In this document: positions 7,091 to 18,300 of the stretch, piece by piece
Position numbering within the stretch: position 1 is the first letter of the stretch
Layout of the letters: every line of letters begins with the position of its first letter
IMG/VR virus record: IMGVR_UViG_3300031521_000066
Strand: one strand, 5' to 3'
Length of the DNA: 60,759 bases
Source: a virus
The notes under the pieces: generated by a model
The model's database searches: none
What the model was told of the DNA's origin: nothing
What the model saw: the letters and a program-made list of their open reading frames with translations, nothing else
Translations under genes and position numbers: made by a program

Positions 7091-9322
7091 TCACCATTTC
7101 TCATTCTTCTTCACCTGCGGTTGATCGTACATCTCTGCATGAACCTTTAAAGCAATAGAGTAGGCTAGTGCTGAATTTACTTGATGACCTTCACGTGCAT
7201 CTACTTCTCCCGTTTCTTTCTTCCTTTCAAGATTTTTGATTTCCTCAAACACAGGCTGAGGTATTTCTTTGATCTTATTTGTCTCTATTAAGTCTTTGAG
7301 ATTGTGATATACTTCACGCCTTGTAGACTGATTCACTTCAAACCCATACTCACGCTCTCTTTTCTTGTGAATGTTGTCAACTTTGAGCCTAGAGTAGATA
7401 GAATCATACCTTGCCGCTCTGGCTTCACGAATTGCAATATGCCCCAAGTCTGTTTCTTCGTTGGCAGATTGGCCATATTCATCCTCTACGGCCACCACCA
7501 ATTTAGCAGTAGAATAAAGGGAAGCTATTTCGAGGGCTTTTTTAGCCGCTTTAAGGGGCGCAATCTCATTTGACAGGTACATTATAGGAACAGTACCATT
7601 TAACCTATCGTAGGTAAGGATTACTGTATTCCCTCCACGTTCCCCTTCACCCTTTAAAACTAGCACGGTCAAGTAACGGTAATTGTACAAGTGGTTGGGA
7701 TTATCAAATAGCATCACGTCTCCTTTATCGTTTTCTTCGTACTGTACTTTATATTTGTAGTTCTCAAAGGAAGAGGTAAGTAAACAGTTTACCCAGCCGG
7801 TTACATTATTTTCAAGGTTATTCAATGCCCAAGCTTCTATGAATGTATTCTCTGCAAAGTAGTAGTGATTGATTGCGTAGCCGAGATTGTCAACGTGTTC
7901 ATCGTGACTTGCACGGGGAAAACCGCATATTTGGGTAATGAAATTATCGTTCCAGTTGCCTTTGATGAGTTTACATCGGTGTGATTCTGCTTTAGGTTTG
8001 ATGACCTGGTGTCTAGCAGTGTGTCCCCCGGCTACCAATTTGCTTTCCTGTTTACTGTGTTCACCGATCCGGACAAAGTTATAATCTGTATCAAACTCAA
8101 TATAGTCGGCTAAAGAATTACCCGATGCTTTAGGTTCAATAAATATCCTACCTTTGTCTTTATCGAAGGTTCCATTTGCCACCAGTTCTTTTATGAAGTT
8201 GAGTAAGTCGGGAAGCTTTTTGTACACGTCCCAGGATTCTTTTACTATGATATTATTGCCTTTCCTTTTAATCAAATCTATCCCGGTTGGGTCATTGATT
8301 GTCTTTTCAGTGTAGGCAGCATCAATCCAAAGATCAAATACAATGTCATCATCGCAAGAATCGAGTATTTCAAACATACTTGGCTGTATGTCTTGTTCTT
8401 CCAAATTAAAAGGTGCTTGAAGATACTGACAAGTATAGGGGGCTGAGTTCATTTGTGCCTTTGTAATATCCAATACCTCTCTTGGTCTTCTGATTGGGTC
8501 AAGAAATCCGTTTGTGTATAAACATTCAGCATCTTTAGGAACAACAGGTGAAGCATGGGTAATCTCTGCCGGCAATGAAATTAATGTTATGTGAATATCT
8601 TTCTGTAATGTATAACCAGTTAAATCGTTTTCATGTAATCTTTGGGCTATAATAATATCAAGCCAGGAGTTAGGGTTTATATGTCTTGAGGTTAAAGTTT
8701 CAGCATCCCATTCATTCACGTGTTCACGTTCTGTATCCGATCCGGCTTGCTTTGGGTTTTGCATGTCATCCTTTGCTAAGATATGTGCATGCATCCCGGT
8801 AATTGTTCCATCAACAGAAGTATTAAATCGTTCTCCCCTGAAATTATTCTGTATCTCATTCATATTTTGAGACACAATCTCAAGTTTTTTCCCGTATTTC
8901 AATATGAAAAGGTTATCAAATAGTAAATGCCATTTATCGCTATCGGTTATAGCCCGTGCCTTTTTGGCATGACGTTCAGATAACCGGGCAGAGTATGATA
9001 TATTGGTTGAAACAATCATTGGGTTCCATAACCAAACCCACATAGGAAGTGCGATTGTAACTATTGTTGATTTAAGGGATACAGGGGGAACGTTTATGAT
9101 CAATGTCTCCATTGAGAACTCATTCCTTATAACTGGCATTACCTTTTCTTGGATAGCATCACAGATATATTTTATATAAGGAGCATCAACAAATGGTCCG
9201 CCTCCTATTTCTGTCCAAAAAGTCGTTAGAAAAACATATAACGATTTAAAGCATTCGGCCCCCCTTTTTGCCGCTTCCCGCTCTATCTCGTTCGTCCTTG
9301 CTATATCAGTGTGCGATGGCAT
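7091..9322 (-). CDS. terL: terminase large subunit
   Basis: 743 aa. It has a P-loop-like VSLKST segment, an acidic ILAKDD Walker-B-like segment, and a C-terminal DLWIDAAYTEK...DPTGI nuclease-like acidic motif. The start overlaps the upstream stop (TAATG). Confidence 0.75.
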   Translation of the reverse strand: MPSHTDIARTNEIEREAAKRGAECFKSLYVFLTTFWTEIGGGPFVDAPYIKYICDAIQEKVMPVIRNEFSMETLIINVPPVSLKSTIVTIALPMWVWLWNPMIVSTNISYSARLSERHAKKARAITDSDKWHLLFDNLFILKYGKKLEIVSQNMNEIQNNFRGERFNTSVDGTITGMHAHILAKDDMQNPKQAGSDTEREHVNEWDAETLTSRHINPNSWLDIIIAQRLHENDLTGYTLQKDIHITLISLPAEITHASPVVPKDAECLYTNGFLDPIRRPREVLDITKAQMNSAPYTCQYLQAPFNLEEQDIQPSMFEILDSCDDDIVFDLWIDAAYTEKTINDPTGIDLIKRKGNNIIVKESWDVYKKLPDLLNFIKELVANGTFDKDKGRIFIEPKASGNSLADYIEFDTDYNFVRIGEHSKQESKLVAGGHTARHQVIKPKAESHRCKLIKGNWNDNFITQICGFPRASHDEHVDNLGYAINHYYFAENTFIEAWALNNLENNVTGWVNCLLTSSFENYKYKVQYEENDKGDVMLFDNPNHLYNYRYLTVLVLKGEGERGGNTVILTYDRLNGTVPIMYLSNEIAPLKAAKKALEIASLYSTAKLVVAVEDEYGQSANEETDLGHIAIREARAARYDSIYSRLKVDNIHKKREREYGFEVNQSTRREVYHNLKDLIETNKIKEIPQPVFEEIKNLERKKETGEVDAREGHQVNSALAYSIALKVHAEMYDQPQVKKNEKW

Positions 9323-12300
9323 TATTTTATATCCCTCAATATTTGCCTTGCCCGTTCACGTTCCACTTTGGTTGTTGAGGTAGATTTGATTTTGTTCCTC
9401 AACTTCTCCATTAGGATAGGCTTAAGTGTGTTCTTCTCTTTTGAATTGGCTTTCTTATAGATGAAATAGGTCTCTTCATAACTGAAATTCTTAACAGTCC
9501 TTTCAAGACCTGTCAACTTATAGTCTTTTCTTAATTCATGATATTCTTCCTGTGTAATGTTCCCGGCTTTCTTTTCTTCCAAAGCCTTACTATCATCGCC
9601 ACCAGTCTTTCTCATTTCTTTACGAAGGTCTTTCAATAGGTCTGAATGATCTTTCTGTTCAGAGGTACGCCCACCAATAGGAAGCTTTGTTGCCTGAATG
9701 TCATAGGCTGTCTTTTCTGCCTCACTCATATTTAAGTCATAGGGAGCAGGGGTTATACCGAAGAAAGGAAGTATCTTATCCGGCAGGTCTTTATCTGCTG
9801 ATTTTTCAGCGTTACGGATACCAAAAGGAATCAATTGTTTGCCCATGAATTTTAGTTCATCCAATCCTTTTTTGTAGATAGGATCGTCTTCCTCTGTAAT
9901 CTTTGTACCATAAAAATCTTTATTGTTTTCCATTTGGTTCACAATAGAAAAAATTGGAGATAGTTTATTTGTGAGTGTTTTGCCCGGATTCGTGGTATAG
10001 TGATAAATATCTTTCATGTAAGTAGGCATTGATGAACGTGAAGGGTCTCCATTTGGTTCTGTCTCGCCTGTTTTTGGGAAGAAATAATCTTTGCCTTCAC
10101 TCGGAGCTTTACCTGTACGCAAGTATTGATAGATTGCACTAGATAGCATTGTCATACCAACAAGTGAAACAACGTAGGCTATTTTATGTGTATGGTCTGA
10201 TACCTTACCTTGTAAGGCATTTTTAGTTACTCCAAGTAGTTCTTTTGGTGCGCCACCTATTTCTCTAAATGTTCCTAAATTCCAACCTACCGACCGGACA
10301 GAAGCCATCATAATATCTTTTGCTGTTTTATTCCAAAATAAGTTATCATATACCATTTGCCCCATTCGATTATCAACAGACCTCCAAGCGTATTGAAGTG
10401 CCGCCCTTCTTTCAGTAGGTGTAGCATTTGGATGTTCATTCATTTCATAGCGTGCCATATCCATAAATACGCCTAACTTTTGACGTGGTACAACATATTC
10501 CATGATAGGTTTAGATGCTAGCTCGACAAGTTTAAGCGGGAACACAAGTCCGGCTTTAATAAATTTATGATCGGCTAAGGCATTATGAAATTGTTCTTTT
10601 GCTTTTACAGAATAGAACTTATCCATTTGTACACGACCCCCAGCCTGTTCTAAGAATTGTGCTATCTGTTTCATCTCTGGGGTTGCGGCTTCATCTCCAA
10701 ACCAAGCCTTATTTAATTTATTTCCTTGAATAATATTTGTGATAGGGGCTATTGGTGTCATTGCAAAATGTTTAGCGGCTTCTCCTAAATTACCGTTGTA
10801 CATGTATTCTAATCCAAGTCCAAACTTAGAAACTGCAGCATCCATTGAGGTGAATCCTAAGTGAAACGCAGACAATCCAAGTTGTAATTGAGTAATCGTA
10901 TTGCCAAGTCCACGATAAAGATCATAAGCATGATTACCCATTAACCCTTTTGAAAGGAAGTTGTTTAGAACTTGTGCTGCACCTTCCTGAGCATAGTAAT
11001 GACCAACGATCTGCATTCCTTCATCCGTTTTTCTCGATACAGTGCTAACCTTATCATCAATTAAAGTGAATCCTTCAGGTCTATTTGCCCCAAGACGCAC
11101 ATATTTTACCAGTCCTTCAAGTTTAAGTGTGTTGAGGGTTTTATGTGCCATAACATAACGTTCCATATCTCTCACATTTGTAAGGACAGAGGTTATAGGA
11201 TTCCAATCAACAGGTTCTAATCCTTTATCAATGCTTTCTTTATAGGTTTTAACAGTGCGCTGGTTCATCCATTGTTTAGAACCTTCGTAGGGACGTTTAC
11301 TTTTGCCTGAAAATAAAAACTGTTCTGCTTTTTTGGGGTCTTTAAATCTTCTGGGGTAATAATTTTCAATAAACTGATCAAGTTTTCCGGTTCCTAAATC
11401 CCGTACCTCATCTCTTACTTTATCTTGTAATTCCCTTAAAGCATCTGCATATCTTTGAAGGTCTTCATTGCCTTGTGGCCTGCCACCTGGAACAGAAGGG
11501 TCTTCTAATTTATCAATAAAATCAGTAGATTGCTCATGGGTCATCTTGCTAAACTTATCGGTCGCCTCTTTTAGTCGTGCTTCTGATTGATTCATTGTTC
11601 TCTCCATGTGAGACATATTCTCAGTCATATTTTCAGCAGCGATCTTTCCACTTGCCGTAGAAGAAGGGGACAGTGTATTTCTTAATGATTCTGCAAACTT
11701 GTTGTATGATTCTGCTGTCTCGGTTACGCCGGGGACATACGTTGCTGCCCTTTTTAGTTTATCTACTTTACTTGCAGCCTCACCCATCCTGTTTAAATCT
11801 TCGATAGGCTCAATAGGTTTGTTTTTAGGCTCAATAGGTGTCTGACGGAACATCGGCACCCCTTCACTCATTACAGATTGTTTCATTGAAGATGTGACAG
11901 GTAGGGATTGAACGGTTTTGTCTCCTTCTCCTTTTGGTCTTACATATCCTTCATTCTCTTTTAATAACTGATAATATCCTTCAATAGCTTGCTGCCCGGC
12001 TGTTCCCTTATCCTGTTCTATCTTACCAAGTGCTTTCTCTGTGGGTGAATAGAATCCTATGTTGGATACTTTGATTTTATCTTCCTTGTCAGCAATTCTG
12101 AATTTTACTGCCTGATCATTGAATGGCTTCTGTGTATTCCCATTTTCAAACCAGTCTTTCAACCCTTGCTTAGTGGTACGGGTGATCTGGTCTAACCCTT
12201 TCCAGTCAGCAGGGAAAGCCTTTTCATAGGTCTGTCTTGCTTTTGTTACGTTGTCAAAGCCCAACATTACCTTGTGTTCATCGAATAAGCCTGTCTTGGG

Positions 12301-15300
12301 GTTCTTCTGATCGACAACATAGATTTTATCACTTTCGGGTTTATCGCCCATGAAAACGTCTACGTGGTCCTTATCCTTGCCTTTTGTCCCCCGGAAATAA
12401 CCATAGTCGGCAGGTAGTTCACGCTCCCATTCTTTACCGTATGAATCTACACCACGCCTTATTGATCCTTTGGGGTTCTCAATTGAAATATCAAAGCCAT
12501 CAAAGCGGACGTGACCTTTCTTGTAGTTGCCCGCTTTTTTCTGTGCGTCGGTTGGATTGGTGTTTACTTCTTCGGATGCTTTGTTAATGCGGAAACGGAT
12601 GTTATCTACTGAGTAGTTGTCTTTAATGTACTGCTCTATTTCATCAGCAATTTCATCAGAAGAAGAATCTTCATCAAAAGACAAATCGGTTGATGCCCCT
12701 GCGAATTTCCCTGCTGTTGCATTTTTGTTGGCAATAACAATTGTTACATCTGGCCTTCCATTTCTGGGATTATGTGTATGGTCTGCAATGCGGATAGATA
12801 CTTCTCGGTTTTCATTATCGTTTTCATCGTACTGATCTCCGGTAATGTTTCCGTTTTTATCCACATAGACAGAAGAATATTTACCAATTTTAGTATTGAA
12901 CCGATTACCTAAATCTTTTTGAACATCATAAATTAAATCATCAGTATTGGCATTATCGGCTTCACTTTCTGCATAAGTGTAATAATCATCATCTACGGTA
13001 TATTCGTAGGTATCCTTACCTTTCAAAAAGTCGTCAATCTCATATTTAGTAATGTCTTCTGGTTTGAATTCATCGTCACCCGTATTATCAATAATTTCTT
13101 TGATTGGGATTTCTAAATGTTCAGCACTAATTGAAACCGAAGCTCCGGTGTAGTCATAATCATAAGGATTACTTTCAGCATCACTAATAGCTCTATCTAT
13201 GTTTATACTTGTACCCAAAAACTCCCCTGAATTATCCGTGTCAAACCGAGTATTGTAAACAGTAGTGCGCAGTTCGTCGCCTTTTATTTCAAAGTCTTTT
13301 CCATTATAACGCTCATGTTCCTTTTTAAAGTCAGGATTTTTAGCAATCATCCTAAACCTTATATCAGGGTTGCTTTCACTGAAGGTTCCCTGATTGCCGG
13401 TGGAGCTTTTTACTTGATTGGGACTAAATACTGCTGTTGTTGTTTGTCCATGACTTTCAGCGAGTAGTAATCCATCATATTTATACCCTTTTTCATCGAA
13501 AAATTCCTTTAAATCTTCTGCATCTGTCCAGTCGGGTAATCCTAAGTTTTGATCCAATGGAGTACCATTTCCCCATTTATTTATAAATTCACTATCAAAT
13601 ACTTTCTTGTGTTTTGGTATTCTGGTATCAAATGGATTTTCAGCCTTTAAATAAACAGGCATAATGCTTTTACCTGCCAATGTTTTAGCTTCAAGTTCCT
13701 TTTCTGCTTGCCCTACATAATGCGCTCCTTTTGCAGAACTTCCCTCGGCATACATTTCAACATATTCGGGGTTATCAGAAAAGAAAAGTATCCTATCATC
13801 CCTGAATTTATCAAAATCCCTATTTGTGGCATGATACATTACTTTAGGATTACCGTTTTCATCGGTTATCTTAGAGCTTCCAAACCAACTTTTGAATTCA
13901 GGGGTTTCGGGTAGCTTGTCGGAGAGACGGAAACGAATGAATTCACTTTGAACAGGCTTAGTTCCTTCTTGATAATAATCTCTTATGTCATTAAGTATTC
14001 TTGAAGCGGGTGTTTTTACGCCATACTCCATACTGAAAGTAGTTCCATATTGACCGGGTTCAGAATAATCAACAAGCATTCCTTGAAAATCTCTTTGTCC
14101 TTGGCTTGCGTTAATATATGAGCGAAGCGTTTTGTATTGTTCTGGTGTTGGTTCTTTTGTTACTTCGAAGCCATTTGATTCACCTTTCATTCTAATATTG
14201 CCACTTGCCATGAATTTAACCATATCCATATCAGAGTTTTCATCTGCCGAACTAATTTCCCTGTGATCTTCTGCCCTGCCTTGTGGATAAGTATTACCAT
14301 GTTTCCTACCGGAGAAGTCAAGCATAGTGCCATCATTCAATAAATAACCTGCTTCATAGAAATTATTAGTGGTTCCAACGTATCTCTTTGTTTTAGTAAT
14401 GAATTTTTGATCATCAGTTTTTTCGGCTTTTGGTTCTTTTTCTCCAAGTACTTTCTCAAATGCCTGTAAGTGGTTATCATATACCTGTCTGCTTTTAACA
14501 TTATCAGTAAAATATTTGACCCAATCAGAAGTAGGTCTTGGTGCAAATCCTTGCTTGGTTAAGTTTTTATTGATAGCATCCCATTGTTTATCTGAAATGT
14601 AAGCAGGATTATAATATCCCCTGTCTTCTACTTTTACAAATGGTGTTTTCATTAATTCAGGAATAAAATCACCTGCTTTTAATTTATCACCATCCTTTAA
14701 AACACTGTTATGATACCATTCACCATTTACTTTTACTTGATCTCGGTGTACTTCTTCTACTTCGGGCATTTTATCCTGAAGTCTCATTCTCACATTCCCT
14801 TCGCCTTTACCATTAACCTTTTGCCCCTCAGTCATCCTCTCTCTTTGCTCTTTGATGATATTTAACAAATCGTTTTGAGTAAATTGATTTGATGTTAACC
14901 CAAATGTTTTACGAACGAGATGAACCAATCTGTCAACAAAACTTTGCCATTTGGAAGGTATGGTTTCACTCTCTGAAAGATGCGATAGAAATTCATCGGC
15001 AATCATTTGCTTATCGTTATCGGCTAGATTTTCTTTACCTGAATAGTCAGGGACATAATCTTTAGCAACCTTATCAATATCTGCCGGTTCCATGCTATCA
15101 AATACATCTGACATTAAGTCATTAAACTTTGTGTATTGTCTGCCAATAATGCTTTGAGGGTCTCCGTTTGCAAATAACTCCCTTAATCCTTTGTGGTTTG
15201 CTTCATGAAGGAATGTTTTCTTTGCCTCTGATACGGCATGGATTCTATCGGATACAATGTAAATCTTTCCATCTTCAGGGTTATAAAACCCTGTCGTTTC

Positions 15301-18300
15301 TTTTCCTGCTGCAATCCTTTTCCTTTCCTCTTCCTGAACGTTCTTGGGTATCTCTGAAGAGTTGACTATTTCAACGGGTCTGTTTAACTCTGAGCTTATC
15401 TGATTGAGTGCATTGAGTGCGTTACGTTTCTCTTTTAAGTCTTCGGCTGCCTTAGCGGTTATGTTGAGTAGTTTTGGTTCTCCGGTATCCTCTTTCTTTA
15501 CACGGTAAACAAACCCATCTTCTCCTTTTACCTTTACCCTATTACCTAAGTCTTCAATGACAGTTCCATTCTTTTCATCCCCGGAAGGCGTGGTAAAAGA
15601 AACCTGTTTTGGTTTATATTTTGAGTTATCAACATTTGATTCTTGCAAATTATTTTCACCACTTTCAGTACTACCCTCTGTATTTACTGGTGTTTCAGAA
15701 GGCATTTGGTTAACATTTTCGTTATTAACATCTGAATTATTATTTTTTTCGGGAACTTTTTTAATGTTTTTAGTCGGTTCTGCTGCCTGATCAACAGGGG
15801 AAGACTGAATTTTTTTAACTTCTAATACATCGGGGTTATAAACAACTAATTCACCATCTTCATACAACCCATCATATCCCTGTTCTTTTAGCTTATCTAC
15901 TACCTCTGGATTACGTCTTAATATATCTCTTGGTAATAAGTTATCTAATGATAATCCAGCATCAATTCGTTCCTGTGCTTTGCGTTTTCCTGCTTCTGTG
16001 TTTTCGACTGCCCATTCTACGAAAGTATCTCCATATTTACCATTTGGAGTATCTTGAACTTTAAATATTTTAGCTTGTGGGGTTAATGCAACTTCAATTT
16101 TATTTTTACCATAGTTCTCTATTTTAAAAGAACCTTTTTCTTGAAGATAAAAGCCTTTACCTAACCAAGAATCACCTTGACCACTTCCGATTTTAGATAA
16201 ATCAAAACTGTCAAAATTATCTGCATTAGTTTCATGAATAAAAGTCTTATTGTTAATGTTAGGATTAATAGAAGCACCCCCTCCGGTTTGCTCTTCAGGG
16301 GTGCGTTCTGGTGATTCAGGTAATTGAGTGGAACGAGAAACATCTTCTACTGATGTAATTTCTGTTGGCTGTTCAACTTTATTTTCTGTTGCCGTACCAT
16401 TCTCCGCAACTGGTGTATTTTCCACGTTGTCGATACCTGCGTTGTCTTGCTGCTCTCCGGTTGTGTTTTCATCTTCAGTATTTTTAGGGTTCAACACATC
16501 ATCAATCTTTTGAACTTTTTCATTCAAAGTTTTAATTTCACGGGCTATATTGGCTTTTTCATTTAGGGAAGTAGATTTCAACCTCTTTGTAACGAGCTTT
16601 TCAACCTTATCTTTTGCGGCCTGTTGTAGTTCAACCAGGGTATTATTTGTTTCTTCTTCACCAAACTCTTTTGAGTATTCACGTTTAAACATTTCAGGCT
16701 CCATAGCATCATAGTCGGGAAGACCATCTTTGTCTTTTGGTATCTCCGGGTGCTGTTGCCTTAATGTTGCTTTGTCTTGTTCTACCTTAGCGGCTTCTGC
16801 CTGTTGTTGTTCCGCTTTCTGCTGTTGCTGTAATTGGATTTTTTCAGCTTCCTTTTGCTGTTCGGCCTGTAATTTCTCATCGGCTTGCTGCTTATCTACT
16901 GCATCCTTTTCAGCTTGCTTCTGTTGGTCAATAGCTGCCTTTTCAGCTTGTTTTTCAGCATCGGTCTTATATGGTTCAATATCAGCTAAAACATAATTAC
17001 CAATATGTCCTTTCTCATTCATGACAGATACCATTCCATCATCACCAATAGCGACTACTTTGGCTATACCATTGGGTGTATGAACGGATTTATCAGGAAT
17101 AATCCCCTTATCGGCGGCTTCCTGTTGTGCTTGCTGCGCTTGTAGGTATTGGTTGTCCTCCTGGTTATCGGTGGCATTACTTTTATTGTGAATATCTTCA
17201 GGTGCTTGACTTGAATAATCTGTTACCATATCAGAGCCAAATGCTTTTATCTCACCGTCTGCATTCTTGGCAAAGATAGCCCTTCCCGGTTGTCCTAAGT
17301 CTTTGCTATTTCTGATATAATATTGTTGACCGTCAATATTGGCAGTAGTTACGTTGCCGTTATCGTCTTTAAATTCATCAATGCCTTTCTGTACTTCAGC
17401 CGCTTTGGCTTTAAACATTGAATTAAGTTGAACTGAGTTTTTAAGATAATCAAGGGCTTTATAATAATCAGGTGTAGTGATATTCATTTCACCACTTATC
17501 TGATTGAAATTATTTATAATGTCTTGCGGATCGGTGTAGTTTTTAACAATGTTATCAACGGCTTCGGTGTAGTTTGCATTGGGAATATCTTTGAATTGTT
17601 CTACCGATTTGGCGTAATCATTCTTTACTTGTGTCCGTGCCTGTACGTTTCGGAAAGCATCCGCTCCTATTTGTGCTGACTTTGTCACGGCTCCAAACAT
17701 TGCCCCCGTTTCGGCTGCATCTTTAGCCGTATTCCACCAATCCTCTGGTTTAATATCCTCACCGATTAAAAATTGATTTGTTGCCTCTTTAGTTAATTGC
17801 ATTGCCTCCATAGATAACACACCATGCCCGACACCACTAGCCAGTTCCTTTACTAATTGAACAGCCTTTGTAGGTTCTTTTTCGGCAAATGAAGCAATTA
17901 CTTTAGATGCAAAGTTCTTGGCTTCCGGGTTATTTATCATTGAAGATGCAATACCATCTACAATTTTACCACCTTTAGGAAGTAATGAGCCCATATATTT
18001 ACCCATTGGAAGAGTGTATGCCAATGCGTACAAGTACCCTGCCGTATTACGGTCATCTTCATTTTCAGGAAGATTATCTTTTGCTCTCTGCTTATCGTAT
18101 TCTTGCCCTCCTTCGCCCAATCCGGACAATCCAAATAATCCAGTAGATAATCCAGCTACTTCAGCCGAACCCGTCAATGCTGATGCTACTGCCGGAACAA
18201 TAAATACAGCTGCAGACCCTAATTTTGAAGCAAGGTTATTTTTTATTGTAGGATCGGGTGCGTTCCATTGGTCTATTGATTTTCTAAATGCTGATTCAGG

